A DNA stretch of 63,624 bases, counting the filler, from Octopus bimaculoides (taxonomy: Eukaryota), in NCBI RefSeq assembly GCF_001194135.2. It is 5 parts of 4 records of this genome, joined end to end, with 100 filler letters (N's around TTAATTAATTAA, not from the genome) between each part and the next. Parts side by side here need not be neighbours in the genome. Positions count along the whole stretch, not along the records: positions 26,283 to 39,797 come from NC_069005.1; 4 more parts are not named here. One strand, written 5' to 3'. This document shows, piece after piece, positions 26,416 to 37,240 of this stretch (within the stretch, counting starts at the first letter, position 1; the number at the start of each line of letters is the position of its first letter). The translations under genes and the position numbers were made by a program. The notes beneath the pieces are model-generated. The model saw only the letters and a program-made list of their open reading frames with translations. It had not been told where the DNA came from and searched no databases.

Positions 26416-28552
26416 GGGGAAGAGATTATTCCTGTTGAAAGCGGTGATTATCTCTTAAACTTATGTGATATATCTTTTGACATTATTCATTATTTTTTTA
26501 TTCACACATATCACATGATTGCAACGAGTTGTATATTATGTATATTAAAAATATTTATTGTTATTAAGAAATATTGTTGAAGAGATAAATAAATATTGTT
26601 GAAATAATACAACAAAAAAGGAATGTGGGTGCCAGAGAGAAATATTTAATAAAAATATTTACTTAATACACAAGGAGAGTTTCACCACCAAAGTCAGTAC
26701 AAGCAATATTTTCAGTGAATAACTCGACATTTTCAATCAAAATTATTTTTATGCACATTTACGTATTTATTATATAAATATTTTCCTATTTGTTTGATTT
26801 CATCAATATTAAGTCAGTTCGTATTGAGAGATCTCGTATTGATGAACTTCGACATTTAAATAATTGAAAAAAGAACACAATTTACAAAAGTAAACAATAG
26901 AAAACATTTAAAAAAAAAGAAAAAGAAATATATAGAAATAAAGAGACTCACAGTTACCCACGGCACCAGGAGACACTGCTGTTCTCTTCTAAAAACATTT
27001 GTTACAACCCAAAACACTCACCACATTGGAATTATACCAAAAACGACCCAACTGCGGATGATTGCAATGCTGCAACTCTCGAACAGCCTCTTCCTTCGTT
27101 CCACCTACCATTTGAAATTTCATTGAAATGGAACAGCAGTGAAGAGAAAAACTTCATTGACAAAGACACAGCTCACGGCAAACATTTTTCAAATGTTACA
27201 GGTTGAAAAATTATTTTCTATGAAGTCATCCAGCAACATGCAAGGGCTTTATTCCGTAAATATCCACAATAACATGTAGCAACGATATTCTGGGAATATT
27301 TCGATGAAACATTATTAAGGGACATGCCCAAATAATGGAATTGTCAGTTCACACTTGCAATATATATCTTGCAGAGAACTCCATGTAACTGTCTTTAGCC
27401 CCGTAAGCCATGTGTTACTCCATATTTTTGGAGAATACAAATTTATTATTCTTTAACAAGAATAGTATTGACTGTGGCTTCGAAGTTACGGTCAATACTA
27501 TTCTTAAAGAATAATAAATATGTATGAGTGTAACTATATATATACATATGTATGTATGTATGTATGTATATTTTTTTAACAGCAGGACTTGAAGCAGATA
27601 AATTATAAGAAGCAACTTGTAAAATGTTGCGTTAAAAAATCTCTTGGTTGGGAAAAACGAACCCACATCTTCCGTGAACATGACAGACATTCTACCATTA
27701 TGCCAATACAGCCCAACGCATTGAATTTCTTCCATTCACTTTGATCTTACCAGTTAGAATTGTAGAGTGTTTACATCATAAGAATTTAGAAACTTCGATA
27801 GAATGTGAAATAATTTTTTTTTTTTTTTTTAACAGTGGGACTCGAAGGAGATAATAGAATATAGCTTTACTTCGAGTTCCAACTCGGAAAACGATTATTT
27901 TCATATTTCTCGAAGATTCTAAATTCTTATGACGTAAATAATGTGTGTGTGTGTGTGCGTGCGCATACAAACATATATACACACACACACATATTAATGA
28001 TTTTATCAAGTGGAGAGCGTGAAATAAAAACTTTATAGGTAACATTTTTTACTAAATATATAATTATGTCAAAGGGTGCGGGTTGACCACACCAACACGC
28101 TAGAAATAGATGCCAAATGGCTCTAAAAACCACTTATATATATATATATACATAGTTATTTATGCTGATCTGACTAAAGCAACCACTCACACAAACACAC
28201 ACACACTTTATCTTTCTCGGAACATACACAAAATACAAGTTTCGTGTGTTTATACCGTTTCATAAAAATGCTAGATCCAAATCGTGCCCCCAGCAGCTGC
28301 GTCTCAACAATCGATCCATTATTCATTGAGAGATTTCCAAAGTCTCTACAATGTAATCACCCTTAACAAGCTGTTATTATCATTTTGCTAGAAAGAGTTT
28401 CACAACCAGTTTTAAATATACGGTGTAATGGATGCTTTTTTTGTATTTCTTTTCCAGATCTTTTGTACAATTTGTGTCTAGCTTGAAAACAGTTGAAACA
28501 TTGTCCCTTCCGAGTCCTCTAAATGTTTGGTATATTGCTGACTGTTCGATAG

Positions 28553-29896
28553 TCAGAAAGTCTCCGACATCACCGTAAAGAAACAAAATGTAATCAAAAT
28601 TTCCAGAAAGACAATCAGGCAACTGACATAGAAAAGGTAATAATCTAAAAGATCGCAAAGTTGGCGCCTGGTCTCGACTCCATCGGTGATTCTGGGTTTG
28701 TCATTGAGGTAAGACTCATGGACTCCGGCTATTACTTCTGGAGCGTCAGATTTCCACGTGTTTTTAAGCAGAGGTAAAAATAGACTTCGGGTCATGTTAA
28801 CAAATGAAACCAAAGTTGCTCGCTTGTTTCTCTCGTTGTTGCAAGAGTGAATTCGCTGCAAGAAACTGCCCAAACCGTATGGGAAAGTAAACGGGTTTCT
28901 GTGGCAGTGTCTGACCCGAGTGATGAAACAGGAGAGCATGAAAGTCAAAATGCATTGTATCACATAAAGGATGACAAAGACGGCCAGGATTGAAACCTGG
29001 CCGGCACTGTGCGGTAGTATACTGCTGAAACTGTTCATGAAAACAGCGAAAGAAAGAATCAGAACATTGGAGAAGGATATTTTTTCGCCAGTGTCAACTG
29101 GTATCAAAAAGACGAGTGTTGTACAGAAATACATGAGAAGCAATGGCGATATAACAACGAGCATGTAATAAAGATAATTACGTTGGATGGTGAAGAAGAA
29201 ATAGATTTTACTGGCGCAATTTTCGGTGGAGACTTTTTCGTTCATTTTCGCTTCAACCTTCAACAAATGCCAACCATCATGAATGCTAAAGTGAGACATG
29301 TTGTATGCGTTGTCAGGGTGCACGTTGATGCACACCCGGTTTTCTATGTCGGCCAGGGTGGAGAAGACGATTTCACAGACTTGGGTATCGAACGGAAAGT
29401 GAGAGACTTTGATGCGACAATGGGTCGTGTAGACGTCCGTGCTTTTCATGTAGACATCTCCGGTGTAGTCGATTCGTAACGGCTGGGATGCCATCGTGTA
29501 AGCATTAACGGCGTTGATGACCATCAGCGGCGGCGTCCATACGGAAGTAGATTTCAGAACAAGATATTCAATTCCATCGTGTTTTGAAGGATTCCACGTC
29601 AAAATTTCGTCCGTCCATTGCTGGAAAATCGAACCTTTTAAAGTGAAGATTTCATTTTTTTCGTCTATACTGACGATATAGTCGAGATAAAAAGTCACAA
29701 ACAATTGAACATCATCCGATGAATTATAGAGGGGTTTGATCTCACTGTCATAGTCCTTCATTAGTTCTTTCTTTAATCGGCCCTCCGGGGGCAACTTGCT
29801 TTCTGAACAGAGAGTAGACTGTATCGACACTATTAATGCCAGCAATAGAAACGATAATGTTGGTGAGGGCGGAAACAGCGACGTTCGATCGGTCAT
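28553..29896 (-). CDS. Intronless atypical nicotinic-AChR-like Cys-loop channel subunit (cephalopod chemotactile receptor-type), 447 aa
   Basis: ATG at 29896 (MTDRTSL...) and TGA at 28553. Signal peptide (SFLLLALIVSIQSTLC); ECD motifs LMKDYD, IDEKNE, WTDEILTWNP, VWTP; Cys-loop CRIKVSHFPFDTQVC (29419-29375). M1 YYMLVVISPLLLMYFCTTLVFLIP, M2 GEKISFSNVLILSFAVFMNSFSSILP, M3 VSILAVFVILYVIQCILTFMLSCFI, M4 LLDYYLFYVSCLIVFLEILITFCFF. No loop-C YxCC. Confidence 0.95.
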   Translation of the reverse strand: MTDRTSLFPPSPTLSFLLLALIVSIQSTLCSESKLPPEGRLKKELMKDYDSEIKPLYNSSDDVQLFVTFYLDYIVSIDEKNEIFTLKGSIFQQWTDEILTWNPSKHDGIEYLVLKSTSVWTPPLMVINAVNAYTMASQPLRIDYTGDVYMKSTDVYTTHCRIKVSHFPFDTQVCEIVFSTLADIENRVCINVHPDNAYNMSHFSIHDGWHLLKVEAKMNEKVSTENCASKIYFFFTIQRNYLYYMLVVISPLLLMYFCTTLVFLIPVDTGEKISFSNVLILSFAVFMNSFSSILPHSAGQVSILAVFVILYVIQCILTFMLSCFITRVRHCHRNPFTFPYGLGSFLQRIHSCNNERNKRATLVSFVNMTRSLFLPLLKNTWKSDAPEVIAGVHESYLNDKPRITDGVETRRQLCDLLDYYLFYVSCLIVFLEILITFCFFTVMSETF

Positions 29897-30043
29897 AATT
29901 GATAGGAACGGAGTCAGTTGGAAACGAATTTGTGTAAGAATGAAAAATATATTGAAAGAGATGAAGATGGACGAGCGACAGGATGCTGGAGAAGTTTGAA
30001 AAGTGAGACATGGAAGTGTTGAAAGTATCGATAAATAGCAATA

Positions 30044-30081
30044 AATATATAAGAGCTTCGTGCAGGAGCTTTTTTGATTGG
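30044..30081 (-). promoter_or_regulatory. Candidate CCAAT + TATA-like promoter of the receptor gene
   Basis: Minus strand reads CCAAT (30081-30077), then TATATATT (30051-30044), about 150 bp upstream of the ATG. Short motifs in AT-rich DNA, so weak. Confidence 0.3.
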
Positions 30082-30083
30082 AT

Positions 30084-30119
<36 letters not shown>

Positions 30120-30988
30120 AGCGTAGATACGTAAACAAAAAATATAAAAAGCAAGTATATGAAATAATTATCTAAAGATTAAAAAATCTCGTGATAAGGG
30201 TGGTGTAAGGGTGGGCGATAGAGAAAGAAAGAAAAAGAGATTGAGAGAGGGAGGAGAAAGAAATACAGAGGTAGGTAAGTGGGAGGTAGAGAGACAGACA
30301 GACAGACAGAACGGGGTGGATATTAATGGAGAATAAAGAAGTGTATTTCTATTGATTTACGAGGGACAATAATGGTGTTTTGTTAATAATAGTGTTTCTT
30401 GTTTTGTTGTCAAACAATAAGTTGTAGCTTCTCTCGCTCCTCTTTAGATCCGTTTAATCAACTTAATGCAAACACTTGATAACAAGAAAACTAATAGAAG
30501 AATTGTCATAAAGGCGGTGGCCGCAACACGGCGGTATCGGAGGACTGGTGGTGGTGGTGGTGGTGGGACTAGTGGTGGTGGTGGTGGTGGTTTTAGACGT
30601 GACGTGATTATGAGGAGCATTATTGTCATCTTCCTCTTTCTAATCATCCCCACCANNNNNNNNNNNAGTGGTGGTGGTGGTGGTGGTGGGACTAGTGGTG
30701 GTGGTGGTGGTGGGACTAGTGGTGGTGGTGGTGGTGGTTTTAGACGTGACGTGATTATGAGGAGCATTATTGTCATCTTCCTCTTTCTAATCATCCCCAC
30801 CATCATCATTATCATCTCCATCGTCGTCATCATCATCAATGTGGTCGCCGTCGTCGTCTCAACATCATCGACATTGTCACAAAGGTGGATTCAAAATGAA
30901 ACCTGAGAGTAGAAATGGGAAGTTATAGTGTTCATGCCTTTCCACTCGGCATTAATGACAGGAGTAAAGTAAACTGGCGTCAGTTGTG

Positions 30989-31020
<32 letters not shown>

Positions 31021-31732
31021 TGTACACATGTCTAGTACGACTTTAAACAACATCCGGTTGTGGGGAACCTGGTTCGAGAGTTCCACTGATTTGTGGAACA
31101 TCAAATCACTTCATCGCCACTATTTTTCCCAAGAGAAATGGCACAGTTGAAAACCAAGTTCCAACAGTAAACAATGACGCCGTTGATTCCCCCAGTCCCC
31201 ACCCCGCCCCAACACCTATCTTGGAACTATCCCTGTTAGAAGTGACGAAAGCCATACGGTTGCAGACATCCCGGGAGATACCAGGTTCTGAGACAGGGAA
31301 GGAGGAGCAGCGTACAGACCGAAGGCCAAGAGGCCCGCTAGTACACACACACACACGTATGTATGTATGTATGTATGTATGTATGTATGTATGTATGTAT
31401 GTATGTATGTATGTATGTGGCGACTATGACGACGATGGTGGCGCAGGTGGCACTGGTGTTGCATATGACAACAACAACAACAGCAATTCTGTTATTAACA
31501 ATGCAAGTATTTTTTACCCATTTTTTTTTTTTTTATGTTTCTTTCCAGATTTATTTAGATTAATTTTCAAACGAAACATTGTTTTGTTTCCTTCTCTCAA
31601 CACGCAACTCTACAACATCCGGCACACACACATCAGGCACACACCACAACGCCAACGACAGCCAACGACAACAGCACAACACTGTCACGCACACAAGACC
31701 GCCACCACCACAAAATACACGTTCATAATAAC

Positions 31733-31763
<31 letters not shown>

Positions 31764-32458
31764 TGTGACTCTAAAACGCAACCTTCAAACAAGTCCAAGC
31801 AAATTAGTCTCCAGTTGATATTCAATGCATTCACTTCACATTTCTCACAACTTTTTTATAAGCATTATATGCATGTTTGTATATGTATCTATGTACATGT
31901 GTATGTGCACATATATATATACACAGTGTGTGTGTGTGTCTACATGTATGTACATACACACATGGGCAGTCAGTCAGACAGAAGACAAACAGAGACTAAA
32001 TGGAAAAAACAACAAAAGTCCTGCGGACGTTCACCATTAATATTATTAGGGTGATGTTCAAAGAAAAAGTGATATAGAATAAAAGTGTAACGTTTCGGAC
32101 ATAGTCTTTCATCGTATACTAGGGGAAAGTCCAAGGAGAGACAAGGAAGAGAGGAAGGAAATAAGAAACCCAGTCAAAAACGTGGTTTAATTTCACGTGC
32201 TCCCCCTCTGACTGACCGAAAGCGTGAAAGGTAATGGATATCTGCAGATTGTGACAAAAACATCTGCCACACTAGCTTTATAAAGATACCATTATCACCC
32301 GCCTAAAATATGGTAAACTATTGGTTTGGTGCTAGTGAAGTTACACAGCTGGTAACAGTATCTCTGTGTAGCTAATGTAGGGGTGTTTTGCAGCAAACTG
32401 TATGTGTATATGTATATATGCATGTTTGTGTACATACATACATATCTACAACAAATTA

Positions 32459-32727
32459 ATAAGAATGAACAGCGGTTCAATCCGTGTGACATATGTTTCA
32501 GTAGCACAGTATCTTATTGTCTATAGGTTTATTACATCACACGTCTTCAGACACCTTGAACTGCCGAGGTAAAGAGATCGATCGCAATCGATCTCTGCTA
32601 CCACGACAGTTTAGTTGCATAAAGGCATGGCAGGCATTTCATATTCTGTATTATACGCATAATCGACAAACTAGCATGCTGCTGAAACATATGTTGCACG
32701 CACTGAACTGGTGCCGTCCATTCTTAT
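32459..32727. repeat. Decayed ~270-bp palindrome (fold-back or MITE-like)
   Basis: Outer arms 32459-32506 and 32677-32727 are imperfect reverse complements; perfect 10-bp central hairpin AGAGATCGAT-CGCA-ATCGATCTCT at 32573-32596. Confidence 0.75.
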
Positions 32728-32975
32728 AATCTTATTTTCAATATTTACTGCATGCTATATGTAATTAATGTTACTACTCAGACTGGAATTCTGAAGGACC
32801 TGCTGTCTTTTCAGAATTGTTCCAAATGTTGCAGAGGTAAAATGGAATAATGCTAATTGATTGGTAAACTAATTCACTTATTAATATTCCCTCAGATTAC
32901 TCTATTAACCAATCACATGATGGAATCCACTGAGCTAGAGACCATCACCGAGATAATCCTAACGCACTGATACCG

Positions 32976-33021
<46 letters not shown>

Positions 33022-33489
33022 NNNNNNNNNNNNNNNNNNNNNNNNNNNNNNNNNNNNNNNNNNNNNNNNNNNNNNNNNNNNNNNNNNNNNNNNNNNNNNN
33101 NNNNNNNNNNNNNNNNNNNNNNNNNNNNNNNNNNNNNNNNNNNNNNNNNNNNNNNNNNNNNNNNNNNNNNNNNNNNNNNNNNNNNNNNNNNNNNNNNNNN
33201 NNNNNNNNNNNNNNNNNNNNNNNNNNNNNNNNNNNNNNNNNNNNNNNNNNNNNNNNNNNNNNNNNNNNNNNNNNNNNNTGGGTACGTATGTGCATATGTG
33301 TATATGTGTGTGTGTGTGTATATATATATATATCTTGTTTTTTATCCTGCCTTTCTGAAATGTTTCAAAGAAATATTGCATTGCTTCTGTTTACTTCTTG
33401 TTATGATTCCTTTTTCTCTCAATTAAAAATTTGTTTCAACAATGGCAGCCCCAAAGATTTACTATTTTTTATGACTGTGTGAAGTGGAA

Positions 33490-34135
33490 TGAACGCGAAA
33501 TCACGTGGTTAGGAAGTCCCGGTTCTTCTAAGGCGGGTTTCTAGGCTGGGTTCCAAAGATACCAGGGCAAATAATGGGATAGACTATAGGGAATTTGTGA
33601 CAAAGCTAACAGAGTGAATACGTGATACGAGACGGAAAAATATGAAGGGGTGATGTTTGTAGAGGGGATGCTGTAAGGAGGGGTTAACCAGCGAATTTAG
33701 GAAGGCTCTGAAGGACACCAAACTCAACCCCTCTGGAAAACCAGAGGGGTCCATTAGATCTCAATTATGTAAGACATACCCCTTTGACAAAACCACATGT
33801 ACTGATAGGGACTGAGTGGGATGTACCTTTAAACTCAGTATTAATTGTAAGACCAGAACTGTGGGGTGCATGGAGGGGGATTGTAAGAACCGGAATACAA
33901 CATAGTTTTGGGGAGACGTCTGGGAGTTTCGCGGAGAGACTAAATGGACGTTGTCAGAAATGAGAAGAAACAGTCGTCTATGTTCTATCAGCATTTTAGA
34001 GATGGACATGGTGGCATGCTGGGGCGAATTAACATCGACAGTATGAGAGCTAAACATTCATGAGAGCTGTCAGATAGATAAATATGTGAAATTGTTCTTA
34101 TGAATGAGACATTACCGATGCTTAATAGAAAATAT
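33490..34135 (+). mobile_element. Penelope-like element 3' fragment (Cys linker and GIY-YIG endonuclease)
   Basis: GSIRSQLCKTYPFDKTTCTDRD*VGCTFKLSINCKTR, GETSGSFAERLN, FYQHFRDGHGG, DR*ICEIVLMNETLPMLNRK, with stops and frameshifts. Confidence 0.7.
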
Positions 34136-34518
34136 ACAGTCAATTACATCAACCCCAGGACATAACAGGTACTTTATTGGCCCCCAAATGGATGATAATC
34201 AAAAATGACCTCTGTGGAATTTAAAGAACTGGTAGAAATAGTGCTAAGCATTTTGTCTGACACAATCTTTCACCACAATAATAATAATAATAATAATAAT
34301 GATGATGGTTTCAAATTTTGCCACAAAGGCAGCAGCTTTGAGGGAAGAGATGCGTCGATTACATCAACCCCCAGTATTCAACTGGTACTTATTTTATTGA
34401 CCCCAAAAGGATGAAAGGCAAAGTTAACCCTGGCAGAATTTGAACTCAGAATGTAAAGACCGATGAAATGCAGCGAAGCAATTTCATCCAGCTTTTGCTA
34501 ACAATCTGACCGATTCAC
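34136..34518 (-). mobile_element. Two adjacent family A SINE copies
   Basis: Both contain attacatcaacccc; the second has ggatgaaaggcaaagtt...gaatttgaactcagaa. Separated by (AAT)n. Confidence 0.8.
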
Positions 34519-34875
34519 AAACTTTCACCATCATGGTAGGAATAGTAAAAAAAAAAATAATAATAATAAATTAAACAAATGAAAAAAACATTAAATTTTG
34601 CAAGCTTCATTTTTTTTTTTCTTTATTTTCAATTCACTTTATTAATTTAAATGACAAAAAAATGGTTCTAGAAAGGAAAGGTTAGGGTATAGAGGTGGGA
34701 TAGGGTAGGGGGGAGACAGAGGCCATCCAATGGGAAAAGATGAGTGAGAGAAACAAAAGAGACTGGGAAGAAGAAGAAGAAGAAGAAGAAGAAGAAGAAG
34801 AATGAAGAAGAAAGAGAGAGACGAGAGAGAGAGAGAGTCAGAAATAAGAATTTGAGAAATTACAACACAATCAAC

Positions 34876-34909
<34 letters not shown>

Positions 34910-35389
34910 GTGTGTGTGACCTTAAAAGAAAGTATGGATGTATGTAGTTATACAGACACACTGAAAGTCCATTGCAGAAATGCACGTCAAGTTTACTGAC
35001 CAAGTGAACAGTTAACAACTGATCAATTACACCAAACACACACACACACATTACAGACTTTTTGTTTTTTAACATATTCAAATAAAGAAAATTTTTAATA
35101 TAAATAAAATAAAATAAAAAAACTCGTCTGAAATTTTTAGAAAATGGTAAATAAATTAAAAAAATAAAAGAAAAACCTTTACAACCAAGCAACAAAGTGA
35201 ACAAGCATTGCACAAACAAATGCAGACACATACATGCAGAGTAACATAGCAGTGCAGAGGGATTCTTTTGGTGGTAAGGTAACATCACCATGACAACTTG
35301 TTAATTTGAAGTAGGAACAGGGTTGAGAAACAAAGGATCAGAACATATCTATATATATATATATATATAGACAGACACACACACACACA

Positions 35390-35533
35390 ATGAGCTTCGC
35401 CATCTACCAAATCCACTCAAGACTTTGGTCAGCCTGAGGCTATACCAGAAGACACTTGCCCAAGGTACCATGCAGTGGGAGTGAACCCAGAAATGTGTAG
35501 TTGGGAAGCAATCTTCTTACCCACACAGCCACG
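35390..35533 (-). mobile_element. Family B SINE
   Basis: agaagacacttgcccaagg...gcagtgggagtgaaccc...cacacagccacgc. Confidence 0.85.
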
Positions 35534-35553
35534 CGTGTATGTGTGTGTGTATG

Positions 35554-35588
<35 letters not shown>

Positions 35589-35995
35589 NNNNNNNNNNNN
35601 NNNNNNNNNNNNNNNNNNNNNNNNNNNNNNNNNNNNNNNNNNNNNNNTATATATATAGCAGATATATTATTGTATTATAGACACATCACCACCACAAGAC
35701 AAGCTACAAAAAAATTGGTAACTAAAATCAATTCAGTTCCGGTACTAAAGTTGGAACTGATTGTTTGATTCCCAAGACTTTTGCCAACTTGGAACATTTT
35801 TCAATCCCAAACCTACTGTCAAAAGCAAAAATTTCAAATAAATCTGTTTTCTAAGAATTAAATTCCTTTTTATTTTTCCTTCCTATTATCATGTGTTTCA
35901 GTTTATTTTGTTTGCTAAGAGGAAACAGGGATGTCTACAATTTTGGCTGCCATAGCAGAAATCAGTAATACTTAGTGAAAGCAACAGTTGCTTAG

Positions 35996-36030
<35 letters not shown>

Positions 36031-36224
36031 TGTGTGTGTGTGTGTCATCTACAACATCCATAATTCTTTTCCCATCCTATGCAATCATAAAAATATGTTT
36101 TAAGTTTTATTTCAATAAATTTCTTTAAAGAATATTCAGCTGAGGATTGCATTCCCAGCATGAAACTTACTTTAACTATTCTAGCTTTATATACACTCAC
36201 ATAATATTCTGTTTATAAAACATC

Positions 36225-36255
<31 letters not shown>

Positions 36256-37087
36256 GAAACTCACTCGGATTTTTTATTGAGCACTACATATGAATGTCGA
36301 CTGCTTCAACTTTCAATTTATACACACAAAAAAATTTTCTTGCTCCAATATGGCCACAATCCAATGATTAAAACGTGTATGTGTGTGTGTGTGGTTTTTG
36401 CTCTCTATTGATTGATATATTTCTTTTCTGCTCAAATTCCGAAAACAGTTTCCCCACGTGGCCACCACCCCGCCCAAAATAATCGTAGTAACAATAGAAT
36501 AGTCAACTAACTCAAGTCAGTATTTGGTAAGTATTTTATTGAATTTTCCAAGATGCAAAACAAACTCTGGCAAATAAATAAATAGGGCAATTCTCCTCCA
36601 TAACAACGAAATACTTTGTACTTTCAAACACCGCATTGCACCCTGCCTTGTGTGAATGAGATACTTAGTCTATCTGGTACACACACACACACTCTTTGAG
36701 AATGGTACTCCTCATGTCTTACCCCACAAGTGTATTGTTACATACCTGCATAAACTGAGGTTGAAACTTAAAACAGTTTTATAAGAAGCTGCAAAACAGC
36801 AAATCTGCAATTAGAATACATTTTAAACATGCAGTGTTTGAAAAACTATCTCTATGGAGAAAGAGAGGGAGATAGAGAGACAGAGACAGAGAGAGAGAGA
36901 GACAGAGAGAGAGAGAGAGTTATAAAGGAAGAGAGATGCCTATCTTGATTATGTTAATAAGCTTTGGACACAGTTGATTCACCAAAATCCCAGATAGTCT
37001 CTTTCCTGTCCATCATCGTTGGCAAAGTAATCAGTAAACTTATCCAACATGAATACAAGACATTCAATGAATAAATAGAAAAAAACA

Positions 37088-37240
37088 CATCAACATCATC
37101 ATCATTTAACATCCGCTTTTTCATTCTGGCATGGGTTGGATGGCATGACAAGAACAGACGAGCCAGAGGATTCTGCCAGCTGCTATGGAGGCTTTGGCAT
37201 GGTTTCTACAGCCGGATGCCCTTCCTAACACCAACCACTT
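37088..37240 (-). mobile_element. SINE or RTE-type 3' end with (CAT)n tail
   Basis: catcatcatttaacatccgc...ggcatgggttgga...ggatgcccttcctaacaccaacc. Confidence 0.6.

Noticed and set aside
29897-30154. 86-aa N-terminal extension of the receptor ORF shown in the ORF track
   Set aside because: It starts at TTG and runs through a (TTTC)n microsatellite. The ATG at 29896 gives a normal signal peptide.
30545-30800. Exact ~130-bp duplication around a short gap
   Set aside because: Identical sequence on both sides of an 11-N gap is most simply a contig overlap artefact.
36135-36175. CTGAGGA...GAAA pattern
   Set aside because: Stem I has only 2 bp and stem II only 3 bp, compatible with chance.
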